From IMG/VR virus record IMGVR_UViG_3300023116_000031, positions 9,823 to 73,822 of that record: 64,000 bases of DNA, one strand, 5' to 3'. Of the stretch, positions 1-9,350 are shown piece by piece. The number at the start of each line of letters is the position of its first letter. Positions within the stretch are counted from its first letter, which is position 1. The DNA is from a virus. Below the pieces are notes generated by a model. That model worked only from the letters and a program-made list of their open reading frames with translations, was not told the origin of the DNA and did not search any database. The translations under genes were made by a program, and so were the position numbers.

Positions 1-1140
1 TGATCCTACAGTTCGCGCTCCACACTGCCACAACGAACTGGTCTCATTCCACGCGATAGTGTCTCCGTTAGAACAACCTTGAAGTATTGCTAATTCGCCT
101 GACTGTGTGAACTCAAGCCCAGATAGATTGGAGTTTGATCCGACCCCGTCTACTGCTCCATTAAGATCAACAGCAAAGGTTGCTGTGTCTGGGTCGGCCG
201 TCGTATTGAGGCTGATAGTAACACCATCTCCGCCTCTCAGATCCAGTCGGTTGTTTCCATCTCCTGTTGCAACACCTTCAACATAAATTTCATCAGCGTT
301 GACATTGCCTGCTTCCATATTCGTCGCGACCCCGGCTTCGCACTTCTTCATGTTCGTGCCGTCATACCAAATGCCAGCCACTATTTCGCCCGCCCCTGTG
401 TTAGTGCCGCAGGTGAAGCCTGGGACCCCTGCCGAAATCGCAATACCAGCCCCGCTCAGTGTAAGCAATCCGCTCGATGTTATGGATGTTAGTGTTCCCA
501 CTTCAACAATGCTATTTGAGTCGAAAAATGCTGTGACAGCACTACCACTGGAATCGAAGCCGATGTTGATATTAGGTGATGTAAGCACACCAGTCTGGAA
601 AATCGGATCTGCGACTTCCGCCGCGGCCCCGCCGTCCGAGCCGGCGGCACCCGGGTCAACGCTAACCGTCGATCCACCAGCCGCTACAGGTTGACACTCC
701 CACCCATTCGTTGTGTCCCATTGGAGGACATCATTATCGAAGCAGGTTCGCAGTAGAGACAGATTAGTAGCATCGAACTCCAGACCAGGGCCTGTGCTAT
801 GGAGTGTGATGTTGAGCGTAACGGTGTCCGGGTTTGGAACCGTATCAAGATCAAGCTCAATACCATTACCATCCAAGAAGTTCACGGTGGAATCGGGTGT
901 GACAGTACCATTAATTTGAACAGCATCACCACCACCAGAAGTTAGCGAATTAACATCAGTTTTTATGGAATTAAGAACAGTATCAATCTGATTCATGTGT
1001 GTGGATGTGATGCGGTCACCTCGATTAAATCCGTTCGGTCTCCCATCAAACCCATCCCAAATAACAGTTGCAAAAGCCAGTCCGGGGAGTAGACTAAATA
1101 CTGTCAGAAGCGCAAGTGCCAGAGGCATCGTTCGTCTCAT
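1..1140 (-). CDS. Secreted tail-fibre-like protein, 3' end runs off the window (absent from ORF track)
   Basis: Translated by hand from ATG at 1140 (RBS AAGGAG; late promoter at 1174-1181): MRRTMPLALALLTVFSLLPGLAFA|TVIW..., open to position 1. Two fibre-type motifs CFDNDVLQWDTTNGWEC and CSNGDTIAWNETSSLWQC. The + strand ORFs at 299-919 are its shadows. Confidence 0.8.
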   Translation of the reverse strand, partial: MRRTMPLALALLTVFSLLPGLAFATVIWDGFDGRPNGFNRGDRITSTHMNQIDTVLNSIKTDVNSLTSGGGDAVQINGTVTPDSTVNFLDGNGIELDLDTVPNPDTVTLNITLHSTGPGLEFDATNLSLLRTCFDNDVLQWDTTNGWECQPVAAGGSTVSVDPGAAGSDGGAAAEVADPIFQTGVLTSPNINIGFDSSGSAVTAFFDSNSIVEVGTLTSITSSGLLTLSGAGIAISAGVPGFTCGTNTGAGEIVAGIWYDGTNMKKCEAGVATNMEAGNVNADEIYVEGVATGDGNNRLDLRGGDGVTISLNTTADPDTATFAVDLNGAVDGVGSNSNLSGLEFTQSGELAILQGCSNGDTIAWNETSSLWQCGARTVGS

Positions 1141-1173
1141 GTTTGAAATCTCCTTGCGTAAAAGTGCTGTCCC

Positions 1174-1181
1174 TATTTATG
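1174..1181 (-). promoter_or_regulatory. T4-like late promoter CATAAATA
   Basis: CATAAATAG context also found at 7588(-), 33645 and 39855; resembles the T4 gp55 late promoter TATAAATA. Confidence 0.65.
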
Positions 1182-1322
1182 CGAACAGAGAGCCGAGTAT
1201 GCCTAAGACAAATCGTATACGAGAGTCCATTCTTACCGAGAAAGAGATTGAGATCGTTCCTGTTCGAGATAAGATCATGGATCAACTTGACATAGCAGAA
1301 GATAATATACTGGAGATCACCG

Positions 1323-1700
1323 ATGAAGAACAAGATTGATGACATTCTGGCTGGCTATGACGACGGCGACTTTTCGTTTGAGGCTATCGACCTGCCTGAT
1401 CCTCCAGAAATCGAAGATCGTGAGCCATTTATTGCTGCTCCCCCCATGTCTACCGAACACCTTGAGGACATGATCGGTCAACTGAACGATCGACTGGATT
1501 CCATGCAATCTCACCTTGAGGGTGCAACACCAGAATATCAGAGAGACATGAAGTCTCTCGAACAGCTCATTATGCCTTTGTTAGTCAAGCTATCCAAAGG
1601 GGATCAAGAATACATTAAGTGGCCCAATCGACAAGATCAGGTCAAGAATCAAATGCAACGCATTCTAGCCATTACACGGAAGTATATAGTAGAGGAGTAG
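1323..1700 (+). CDS. Hypothetical protein, probably conserved in T4-like phages
   Basis: 125 aa, acidic N-terminus, C-terminal LIMPLL..L.K....YIKWPNR motif recalled from T4-like marine phages. Confidence 0.6.
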   Translation: MKNKIDDILAGYDDGDFSFEAIDLPDPPEIEDREPFIAAPPMSTEHLEDMIGQLNDRLDSMQSHLEGATPEYQRDMKSLEQLIMPLLVKLSKGDQEYIKWPNRQDQVKNQMQRILAITRKYIVEE

Positions 1701-1702
1701 GT

Positions 1703-2548
1703 ATGAAGTCTTTCAAAACTTTCATTACCGAGGCCGGCGCAAACTATGAGCGTCAAGAGAATGAACTAATCCGATCCATCAAGGCAGCTTACAAGAAGAA
1801 TGGTAGACGACCATTTACGCTGGTGGACAAGGAAGGTAAGCGCCTAAAGAACATCGTTGACGCAAAGAAGTTCGATGATAAGGTTACCACAGGACATGAG
1901 CCATATACTGATGTCCAGCTCATCACAAGCACGGGTCGCAAGATCAACCTGTCGAACAAGGGAGACAGCGCACCATCTGTGGCTGGTGGTGGAATCGAAG
2001 GCCTTGAAGAGATTGTACCTGGGATCACCAAGAATCTCTGTGCAGCAGCGCGGAAGTGGTATAAAGCCAACGGATATAAGACGGGAGACTATGGCGTTGA
2101 TCTGTTCGCGAAAGTCAATGAGGACGACAAGGAGAAGATCATCATCGGCACCAAGAAGATGGGCGGGCCCATTCACTATATGTACGTTGGACCAATGGAC
2201 GTAAAGTCTGACTGGGATGGTGAAGCAGGCGAGCTGACCGTCAATGGTAGAATGACCCCATCCAAGACATACGCTGCGAAGTACGAGATCCATTACCGCA
2301 TTCGCCGCCGACGCAAGCATATGCGACTCGACCTTGAATCCAAGGATCGACGTGGTTATTACTCGCTACTCGCAACACCACAGGACATCGAAGTCAAAGA
2401 TCCAAAGACGGGTAAAATGAAGTTCAACGAGAAGAAGTATGGAACAGAGGGCAAGAAAGAGTGGAATGCGAAGCCGAAGCGAGAAGTGAATCGCCGCATC
2501 GTCATTTCTAAAGCACCACCCAAGAACGCCAACATCGTAGTATTCTAA
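1703..2548 (+). CDS. PD-(D/E)xK-like nuclease with capsid-targeting leader
   Basis: Start re-assigned to ATG 1703 (RBS GAGGAG). Begins MKSFKTFITE|A. Motifs ERQE, PYTDV and LSNK. Paralog of 33678..34733. Confidence 0.65.
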   Translation: MKSFKTFITEAGANYERQENELIRSIKAAYKKNGRRPFTLVDKEGKRLKNIVDAKKFDDKVTTGHEPYTDVQLITSTGRKINLSNKGDSAPSVAGGGIEGLEEIVPGITKNLCAAARKWYKANGYKTGDYGVDLFAKVNEDDKEKIIIGTKKMGGPIHYMYVGPMDVKSDWDGEAGELTVNGRMTPSKTYAAKYEIHYRIRRRRKHMRLDLESKDRRGYYSLLATPQDIEVKDPKTGKMKFNEKKYGTEGKKEWNAKPKREVNRRIVISKAPPKNANIVVF

Positions 2549-2560
2549 TGGAGAGATGAC

Positions 2561-2725
2561 ATGACTTGGAGCAAGTTCAAAAGCGATTTGAGCGAGAGTT
2601 TCATTCTCGGTATGTTTGGATTTGCTATCGGGCTTGCGCTTCTGATCATATATATTCCGTATTTCATATTCTATGATGTACCACGCACAATAGACAAACT
2701 AATAACTCGACTGGTGAGAGGATGA
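2561..2725 (+). CDS. Small membrane protein
   Basis: 54 aa with one hydrophobic segment (FILGMFGFAIGLALLIIYIPYFIF); RBS GGAGA. Confidence 0.5.
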   Translation: MTWSKFKSDLSESFILGMFGFAIGLALLIIYIPYFIFYDVPRTIDKLITRLVRG

Positions 2726-3054
2726 TAATGAAGAGACTTGAGAGCTTTGCTCATGTGATGATGGGATTTGGTGCTGGGCTGGTGAACCTTCGGCTGCTAC
2801 TTAACATGCGTGAACTAAAACAACTGCCACCCGAGAACGACAAGAACCCTGTGTTATGGATACCATACATCGGAGAGAAGAACTGGGACTGGTGTAAAGC
2901 GTTTCGTGGCTCCGCATATGGTGGCAAGGAATACTGGTCAAAAGAAAGAGTGATGGACACACTCAACGACTCGTGGGAGTATCGTGTAGGGGAAACCATC
3001 TCTTGGTTCTTCGTGTTAGGTGGTGGCATGGCCATCGGAAAGTATCTGCTCTGA
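2722..3054 (+). CDS. Hypothetical protein with C-terminal hydrophobic segment
   Basis: ORF track; tightly packed between neighbours. Confidence 0.55.
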   Translation: MIMKRLESFAHVMMGFGAGLVNLRLLLNMRELKQLPPENDKNPVLWIPYIGEKNWDWCKAFRGSAYGGKEYWSKERVMDTLNDSWEYRVGETISWFFVLGGGMAIGKYLL

Positions 3055-3064
3055 GGAGACAACA

Positions 3065-3937
3065 ATGTATCGTATCATCATTACAATCGTGGCTGTATTG
3101 CTTTTCGTGTCACCATCACAGGCTGTTAAGGTAGATCAGGGTGGTAAGGTTCTGAACGAACATGCAGTTCAGATCGGTGGCAAGCGATCACCATTAGGGT
3201 CAAATGCTCCTGTTCAATCATCTGCTGGCACTTTCTATGGTGTTAGTTTTGCTCCAGCTTACACACCTGCATGTGCATCACCATATAGCGGATTTCCGAT
3301 TGATTTTGAGGGATCTGGAACTTGTGCTGCTCAAGAGGCCCAAATCACATTCGCCACGAGCGGCACCGATTGTGACTACACAACAACTGTGCTGGAGGGA
3401 TCGGAGTCTGCTTATCTAAATGGACAAGAACTTAGAATGCTACTTGGAGGAGTGGCAACTGACTATAAATCGGCTAAGACTCGAATGGCATGGAGATATA
3501 GATATGTCACTGAACCCAATAATAATCGTCTTTTCGTTCAGCCCATGAATGGAGCTACCGTGACTCCAGTTTCATGTACCTCAAGTCATTGTATGAAACT
3601 ATACAGTCTTGTTAGTAGCCCGAACATACAATATAGATTTTATGATACTGAAGGCGCCCCTCCTTACTTCAGCTCGACTAGCACAGGTAGTTCACTCGTA
3701 ACTGGAACAACGTATCTAATGTGCTATGAATATGATCCATCGGTTGATACATCTTGGTTCTTCGTTGATGAGGTAGACGGAGAATGGTGCGCTGGAGCCT
3801 ATGCTTCTTTGAACTGGGCAGGGAATGGCGCAAATGTCGCTGTCACCGACTTTAACGCATTTGGTATCACAGCAGATTTTGGTGCCAATCTATATGAAGC
3901 TATTGTTGATGAGATCACAGCTTGTGATGCTCCATAA
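3065..3937 (+). CDS. Secreted Cys-rich beta-sandwich (lectin/LamG-like) protein, paralog A
   Basis: Start at ATG 3065 after GAGGAG. Signal peptide MYRIIITIVAVLLFVSPSQA|. Beta-rich C-terminal domain with several Cys. Confidence 0.7.
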   Translation: MYRIIITIVAVLLFVSPSQAVKVDQGGKVLNEHAVQIGGKRSPLGSNAPVQSSAGTFYGVSFAPAYTPACASPYSGFPIDFEGSGTCAAQEAQITFATSGTDCDYTTTVLEGSESAYLNGQELRMLLGGVATDYKSAKTRMAWRYRYVTEPNNNRLFVQPMNGATVTPVSCTSSHCMKLYSLVSSPNIQYRFYDTEGAPPYFSSTSTGSSLVTGTTYLMCYEYDPSVDTSWFFVDEVDGEWCAGAYASLNWAGNGANVAVTDFNAFGITADFGANLYEAIVDEITACDAP

Positions 3938-3957
3938 CACATTTTAAGGAGATACTA

Positions 3958-4806
3958 ATGTATCGTATCATTTTTACAATCGTGGCTGTATTGCTTTTCG
4001 TGGGCCCTTCGCAAGCTGTTAAGGTAGAGCAAGGCGGTAAGGTTCTGACTGAGCATGTAGTCCAAATGGGAGGCAAACGATCACCATTAGGGCCAAATGC
4101 TCCTGTTCAATCATCTGCTGGCACTTTCTATGGTGTTAGTTTTGTCACAGAAACCCCAGCATGTGCATCACCATTCACCAACTTCCCTATGACGTTTGAA
4201 GGAACCGGAACTTGTGTTTCCCAAGAAGCTGCAATATCCACTGTCACCGGTACTGGAACAAACTGTGATTACACTGGGGTCGTGTTGCAAGGATCTGAAT
4301 CAGCACAAATTAACAGTGATGGAACTAACTTATGGTCCTCTATAAACGCAACTCAATCGTTTTCTGCACAGAATGGCAATATAAGAGCAGCGTTCTATTA
4401 TCATGTAGAGAACTGGCCTCTCTCAGCCAGACAATTTTTCAACTTCACAAAGGGAACGATAGGTCAATGGCCTTATATCTATCAGTATCCAGGCGTTGGC
4501 GCAGGCACAGGCACGATGCGAATTTTTGATCTTGGTGGAGATTCACAAATTGTGGTAGTCGCAAACATAAGCCTTAACACAACTTACAAAGTGTGTATAG
4601 ATTTTAACAATCCAACCGACCTGTTCACAGTTTATGTTGATGCTGTTGATGGTGAATGGTGTACCGGAGCTGTAGGAACGAACTCTACACAAGGAGTGAA
4701 TTTATCACCCGATATTGACGGCTTCTTGCTATCAGCATTCAGTAACAATGATGGAAATCAAGGAAAAACATGGGTGACTGACGAGATTTCCGTTTGTAAT
4801 TTCTAA
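3958..4806 (+). CDS. Secreted Cys-rich beta-sandwich protein, paralog B
   Basis: Signal peptide MYRIIFTIVAVLLFVGPSQA|. First ~62 aa nearly identical to paralog A; C-terminal part divergent. Confidence 0.75.
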   Translation: MYRIIFTIVAVLLFVGPSQAVKVEQGGKVLTEHVVQMGGKRSPLGPNAPVQSSAGTFYGVSFVTETPACASPFTNFPMTFEGTGTCVSQEAAISTVTGTGTNCDYTGVVLQGSESAQINSDGTNLWSSINATQSFSAQNGNIRAAFYYHVENWPLSARQFFNFTKGTIGQWPYIYQYPGVGAGTGTMRIFDLGGDSQIVVVANISLNTTYKVCIDFNNPTDLFTVYVDAVDGEWCTGAVGTNSTQGVNLSPDIDGFLLSAFSNNDGNQGKTWVTDEISVCNF

Positions 4807-4829
4807 TGATACCCCAACGTGAGAATCGA

Positions 4830-4870
4830 CTAAATAGAAGCAGCATTTAGGGAAAACTCCTAATGCTGCT
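4830..4870 (+). promoter_or_regulatory. Late promoter CTAAATA followed by a hairpin
   Basis: CTAAATA 4830-4836; stem AGCAGCATT(T)AGG...CCTAATGCTGCT 4839-4870. Confidence 0.5.
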
Positions 4871-4899
4871 GCTCGAAACTCTCACGCAAGGATCAAAAA

Positions 4900-5235
4900 A
4901 TGGATGCCGAACCCGTCAACTATGTAACTGCACAAATAGCAATGGCTCCATACTACTTGGAGGGAGTGGCCGCAGTTGGAACGGTGTTCGCAGGAGCAAT
5001 CTATCGTCTATGGCAGCGTGTTGACCATGACCACAAAGTCACAAAGGTCGAACTTCAGAAGTGTCTTGATGAGCATAGTCTGACAAAGCAAGAGATGTCT
5101 GACATTCGCGAAGAGCTTGGCTTTGTACGCGGGCGCCAAGACGGCATCGAAGATATGTCACGCAATGTGCTGGATACCATCGCACGCGGAAATTGTGCGA
5201 GAATGGATAGCGGCACATCACCAAAAAACGACTAA
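4900..5235 (+). CDS. Membrane-anchored coiled-coil protein
   Basis: N-terminal hydrophobic helix followed by a heptad-like helix. Confidence 0.6.
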   Translation: MDAEPVNYVTAQIAMAPYYLEGVAAVGTVFAGAIYRLWQRVDHDHKVTKVELQKCLDEHSLTKQEMSDIREELGFVRGRQDGIEDMSRNVLDTIARGNCARMDSGTSPKND

Positions 5236-6227
5236 CGCACCGATCCTCGAATCTCACCACGGCGTCGAGCATCACCTACTGCTCGTGTGAACTCGGATGC
5301 TGTGTCGTGATAACTGAATGTAAACTTATATTTCTTGGCCAATGCGAACATCATGCGATTGATGCTAAGTAGCACGTCAGGGTTCGTTTCAATCTCACTC
5401 ACCCATGTCTTCTCACGGGGAAAGAACGCAGTGATAAAGTCACTGTAGAAACTATGGTTTCGATAGATGTAGAGGTGCTTGATGTCGAAGTTGTTGACCA
5501 CAAGCTCATCCCAACTCTCATCGTATTCGTCTGGATTTCTATCATACGCAGCTTGCATAAGCTCTCTCGCGACGATCTTTTTGTGCTTCTTCATGAGTGC
5601 TTCGAGCCCATCAATGTATTCTCTAACGATCCGCCCCTTGATAGTCTTGACGTTTGTTGATTGGTTTCCAACCTTCATGTTCCAGCCATAAACAGCGCCT
5701 TCAATGTCCTTCCACCGATTGTTGATTTCTCGACGATCCCGAGTGTCAGCCACATTCCACGCACTTGCGTCCATGCCTGCATACTTCGCAAGTAGTTCGA
5801 GTCGCAGACTCAAAATCTTGTCAATCACGTCACGCCCCGGACCATCCCAACTAAACACGTTCTGTGCAGCTACCCATCGTCTGCCATTACCATCCGGCTG
5901 CGACATAATGTCCTCTGGGTAGTCGATCAAAATGTCCGCATCAATGTCCGCAACGACACCACCTCTCGTCTGAACACCACTCACCAGAGATGTCGCACCC
6001 ATATGAGTGAACGCGCTGATGCTCTTTCTCTTGCCTTGGAGCTTGAAAAACTCCTTCATTTTTGAAGCATCCATCAAGTGTCGCACGCGATCACGAGGAA
6101 CATTGCCCATGACACGTTTCATAATCGTCGAACTAACAGGCACAAACAAAGAGGAAGTAAAGATAAACTCGGTGACTTTCTTTGTCCACGCTGGCGCTTC
6201 TTCCAGATACTCATTAAATCCCTTCAT
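5232..6227 (-). CDS. Hypothetical protein with capsid-targeting leader (putative internal head protein)
   Basis: Start re-assigned to 6227 (RBS AGGAG). Begins MKGFNEYLEE|A. Confidence 0.7.
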   Translation of the reverse strand: MKGFNEYLEEAPAWTKKVTEFIFTSSLFVPVSSTIMKRVMGNVPRDRVRHLMDASKMKEFFKLQGKRKSISAFTHMGATSLVSGVQTRGGVVADIDADILIDYPEDIMSQPDGNGRRWVAAQNVFSWDGPGRDVIDKILSLRLELLAKYAGMDASAWNVADTRDRREINNRWKDIEGAVYGWNMKVGNQSTNVKTIKGRIVREYIDGLEALMKKHKKIVARELMQAAYDRNPDEYDESWDELVVNNFDIKHLYIYRNHSFYSDFITAFFPREKTWVSEIETNPDVLLSINRMMFALAKKYKFTFSYHDTASEFTRAVGDARRRGEIRGSVR

Positions 6228-6238
6228 GGGTAGTTCTC

Positions 6239-6676
6239 CTAGTAGAAAATCTTGACCTGATCGTCTTTGGCTAAAGCCTTCAGCGTGCGAGACTTGTTCA
6301 ACCATTTCTTGTTGTTGCCCTTTGTCATCACGTCATTGGTGAAGAATACACTTACGGGCGTATTCGCACCATAAGAAACCGTCCCTTGCCCAAAGTCATC
6401 ACCATCTGCGATTGCCATTCCACCACGATCCAACTTCAATCCAAGTTCGCCAGCAGCGACTTGTGCGTGTAGAGCAGAACTCGCATTCCAAGCATAGAAA
6501 TCACCAGCCGGGCTAATAATGAACCGCAGCTCGTCATATTTTTTGATAGCCGCTTCAAGCTCTCGTCGTGTCGGATTGATTAGCCCATCCACAGTTCGAG
6601 CAGGTGCACCCGGCATACGAATATACATCAGGTCGCGCCGTTTTTCAGTCAACACATAACATCCAAACCGTTTCAT
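6239..6676 (-). CDS. Hypothetical protein with capsid-targeting-like leader
   Basis: MKRFGCYVLTE|K; part of the late minus-strand operon. Confidence 0.65.
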   Translation of the reverse strand: MKRFGCYVLTEKRRDLMYIRMPGAPARTVDGLINPTRRELEAAIKKYDELRFIISPAGDFYAWNASSALHAQVAAGELGLKLDRGGMAIADGDDFGQGTVSYGANTPVSVFFTNDVMTKGNNKKWLNKSRTLKALAKDDQVKIFY

Positions 6677-7269
6677 CGCCCCACCCTCCGAATGGCTCCA
6701 TTCACCACCAAATGCTTGCGAAACTCAATGCTCGTGAACTCCTTGGCCAGCTCATCCAGTATATTCACGTTGGGAGCATGATCATCATAGATGCTCACCA
6801 CCGAGGGAGAAAATCGCCCAATGAACTTGCGTATGATATAAGCCTTTCGCTCCTCGACTGTTCCACGCTTCAAATTGCCCGAAAGCTCAAGCCTCAAGTT
6901 CGGTGCATTGACACGAAGGCTATGATCCAACAGAGCATCCTTGAACAACCGATTGCTGTCAAACGAGGCCCGCGCTGTCAACAACACAACCATCGTATTC
7001 GAAGCCCTTAGCTGTTTTTTCACTCGCTCCAACGATCCCGAAATAGCCTCCGATGTCGCACGAAAGAAAGCAGCATTACGAAACTGGCCATAGTCAAAAG
7101 TCTCACCCGGACCCAATCGGTAACTATTGTATTCTGCATTACTCAAAGCCCGAACCACACGCGAGCCCCGCATAACATTCACCCGCGCACGAGTCCTAAA
7201 AATCGTGTCGTCAATATCCCAGAAGGAAAGGTGATCATAGCTGCGTCGCCCCTCGACTAACAACATCAC
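6673..7269 (-). CDS. HAD-superfamily phosphatase (Pnkp 3'-phosphatase-like)
   Basis: Motif I DIDDT, motif II LTAR, K (EERK), motif IV YDD; N-terminus MMLLVE|G. Confidence 0.75.
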   Translation of the reverse strand: MMLLVEGRRSYDHLSFWDIDDTIFRTRARVNVMRGSRVVRALSNAEYNSYRLGPGETFDYGQFRNAAFFRATSEAISGSLERVKKQLRASNTMVVLLTARASFDSNRLFKDALLDHSLRVNAPNLRLELSGNLKRGTVEERKAYIIRKFIGRFSPSVVSIYDDHAPNVNILDELAKEFTSIEFRKHLVVNGAIRRVGR

Positions 7270-7433
7270 TATCTTCGCAACCTCCGAACCACAATACGAT
7301 ACCCAATCACCGCAAAGACAACCACAACCACCGCATACTCGTGACTAATAAGAAAGTCAAGGCCTGTGTCGATTACTCTCTCTACAGTCTTCAAAAGGTC
7401 TTTGGTAAACTTTGCTATTGCATCCATTCCAGT

Positions 7434-7562
7434 CTACCTCTGATTCATCTTCCGTATTGTGGAAATCAGCCCAACCAACAATGCTGTTGCTGTAGCCAAT
7501 ACAATAGCGATGTCATATTCAACTAACACATCATGGATGGTGTGAACGATCTCTTCTGACAT
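7434..7562 (-). CDS. Small membrane protein (42 aa), first gene of the late minus-strand operon
   Basis: Hand translation MSEEIVHTIHDVLVEYDIAIVLATATALLVGLISTIRKMNQR; RBS AAGGAG. Confidence 0.45.
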   Translation of the reverse strand: MSEEIVHTIHDVLVEYDIAIVLATATALLVGLISTIRKMNQR

Positions 7563-7587
7563 TACCTTCTCCTTGTTAGGTTCCCCC

Positions 7588-7595
7588 TATTTATG
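7588..7595 (-). promoter_or_regulatory. Late promoter CATAAATA driving the 7562->5232 operon
   Basis: Reverse complement of TATTTATG; same motif as at 1174, 33645 and 39855. Confidence 0.65.
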
Positions 7596-7707
7596 CATGT
7601 TAGTTTAGCCGAAACCATGACACGTTGCGTCAAAAGGTCAAAAAAGCTATTCAAAAGAGATAGAAAAGAAGCCAAATCGTGTAGGAAGAGGTCAGGAACA
7701 GCAGCCA

Positions 7708-7777
7708 GGAACAGCCGATGTAGCGCGCGGAAGGACAGAAGAACAGCCGATGTAGCGCGCGAAGCGCGCGTAAAGGT
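7708..7777. repeat. Direct repeat GAACAGCCGATGTAGCGCGCG x2 plus left arm of a 28-bp inverted repeat
   Basis: Copies at ~7708 and 7741; left arm ATGTAGCGCGCGAAGCGCGCGTAAAGGT at 7750-7777. Confidence 0.8.
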
Positions 7778-7825
7778 GTGCTAATCAGTCATCTCAGCCC
7801 GCGTGTCAAGGGCGGCTGCACGCCC

Positions 7826-7946
7826 TTCCCCTGCGGGGAAAATCCGCAGAATCAGCCGCAACCCCTTGATTTTGCTCCGCTTTTCAGCCGAACGTGACCC
7901 CGAGTCATCTTTTACCCCTTGACACGGGCTCGCAGGGAGCTACCTT
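7826..7946 (+). promoter_or_regulatory. Early promoter cassette 1
   Basis: Palindrome TTCCCC-TGC-GGGGAA 7826; IHF consensus (reverse strand) 7859-7871; TGAC-N5-GTCA 7895-7907; TTGACA-N16-TACCTT 7919-7946. Confidence 0.65.
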
Positions 7947-7985
7947 TTGGATGCTGGGGGGAGTTCCCGGCGGAAAGGTGATCCC

Positions 7986-8144
7986 ATGACTCTGACTGGT
8001 TTCTGTTTCGCGGCTGGAATGGCTGCCCTCGCGGGATGCGTCGCGTCCTATAAACGAGTCCACTGGATCGACTGCATCGGCATCTCGATCCTGGCTTTCG
8101 CCACTGGAGGCCTTCTCGTCATCACATTGGAGCCTGCACACTAA
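7986..8144 (+). CDS. Small two-TM membrane protein
   Basis: First ORF after the promoter; hydrophobic. Confidence 0.5.
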   Translation: MTLTGFCFAAGMAALAGCVASYKRVHWIDCIGISILAFATGGLLVITLEPAH

Positions 8145-8308
8145 TGCACTTAGAAACAGCACACTATACACCCACCACTGAAGAGGCTCTCGAAACCGTT
8201 CGAGCTGAACGAGCCTTTTTGATTGAACTCTGCGCCGAGCTGCGGCGAGAGAATGAACGACTCCGAGCCGCTTTGATCGGTGTCCCTGAAGAGGAGCTTC
8301 CTTTCTAA
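8144..8308 (+). CDS. Small coiled-coil protein ending EEELPF
   Basis: Hand translation, 54 aa; TAATG overlaps at both ends. Confidence 0.55.
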   Translation: MHLETAHYTPTTEEALETVRAERAFLIELCAELRRENERLRAALIGVPEEELPF

Positions 8309-8640
8309 TGAACGTCCATGCTTTCCCCATCTCTATTACTCGTCTCGAACTCTACTTTCCCGTTTCGGGCGAGGCTGAGGAAGTCTTTGCGCGGGAGGCT
8401 GCTATCGCGCCAGCCTTGGCTGCGCGTAAAGACGTAGGAGCCTCAGCCATCACTCGTCTGATCTTTACCGAGAACGAGGCTGTCTCAGCCGCTACGAATG
8501 CCATGCACCTGCGGAACCTGAAGGCCGCAGCCAAAGCCTACAACATGGCCTTCTTCTCGAAGTGGGTTTCGGCTGAGGCTGTGTTCGAGTGCGTGTCGAA
8601 CTGGGCGCGAGGGGCTGCCTACGAGCTGACGGAGGTTTGA
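8308..8640 (+). CDS. Hypothetical early protein
   Basis: RBS GAGGAG; translationally coupled. Confidence 0.6.
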   Translation: MNVHAFPISITRLELYFPVSGEAEEVFAREAAIAPALAARKDVGASAITRLIFTENEAVSAATNAMHLRNLKAAAKAYNMAFFSKWVSAEAVFECVSNWARGAAYELTEV

Positions 8641-8799
8641 AATGTCATTGATCGCCTGTGAAGTATGCACCACTGTTCTAGAGGCCGCGGCTGGCGACAC
8701 GGTTGTCTGGGATGACCTGAGCCCCCTCTGTGTCGATTGCGCCGATGAGATTCCCCCGTGGGGACGACGCCCAGCTCGACTACAGCGGCGTATGGCTCT

Positions 8800-8950
8800 G
8801 AATTATTTTCAGCCCTAGCCGGTCCTATCGCACCTACAAAAAATAGTCTAAAACCCCTTTAAAATCAAGGGGTTGCGGCGGCGCAAATATTTGATTTCTG
8901 ACCCATCTGGGCTATAATATGGGTGTAGTGAGTGAGGAGAAAAGAGAGAT
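8800..8950 (+). promoter_or_regulatory. Early promoter cassette 2 (repeat copy A)
   Basis: 39-bp core 8836-8874 identical to 11958-11996; IHF consensus AATCAAGGGGTTG 8863-8875; TTGATT-N16-TATAAT 8891-8918. Confidence 0.75.
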
Positions 8951-9076
8951 GATCGAAACCCAAGCCCGAGTCCCCTTCCTTGAGGGTCACGTCGAAACCT
9001 TCCAATTTGAGATGATCGCCGTCGCTGTCGCGATCTTCCTCGCTCCCGTTTTCACCCTTCTCTAAAGGAAACCCAA

Positions 9077-9349
9077 ATGCCCAAAGCAATCACCGTATCT
9101 ACCTTCAATCGCGAAGCTGGCGAGCTGAAATGGGAGTGTTCGTCGGTCGTCAGACCCAGCGATCTCTTTCGCCCGTGGGAACCCGAGAACATGGTCTCGG
9201 CGGCTACGAACTCGTTCGGAACCAGCGTCCTCATCAATGTCGATTCGGTCGAAACCTCGATGATGGCGAAACTGTCGCTCGAAGAAGCCATCGCGCTTCG
9301 CAAGGAACTCAACAAGGCGATCAACGCCGTCCGAAAGGAACTCAACTAA
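9077..9349 (+). CDS. Hypothetical early protein
   Basis: RBS AAGGA; codon usage matches neighbours. Confidence 0.6.
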   Translation: MPKAITVSTFNREAGELKWECSSVVRPSDLFRPWEPENMVSAATNSFGTSVLINVDSVETSMMAKLSLEEAIALRKELNKAINAVRKELN

Positions 9350-9350
9350 C

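Noticed and set aside
299-919. + strand ORFs 299..694 and 713..919
   Set aside because: Antisense shadows of the minus-strand gene starting at 1140, which has an RBS, promoter and recognisable motifs
3065-4806. Diversity-generating retroelement TR/VR pair
   Set aside because: The repeat is N-terminal, differences are not adenine-specific, and no reverse transcriptase is in the window
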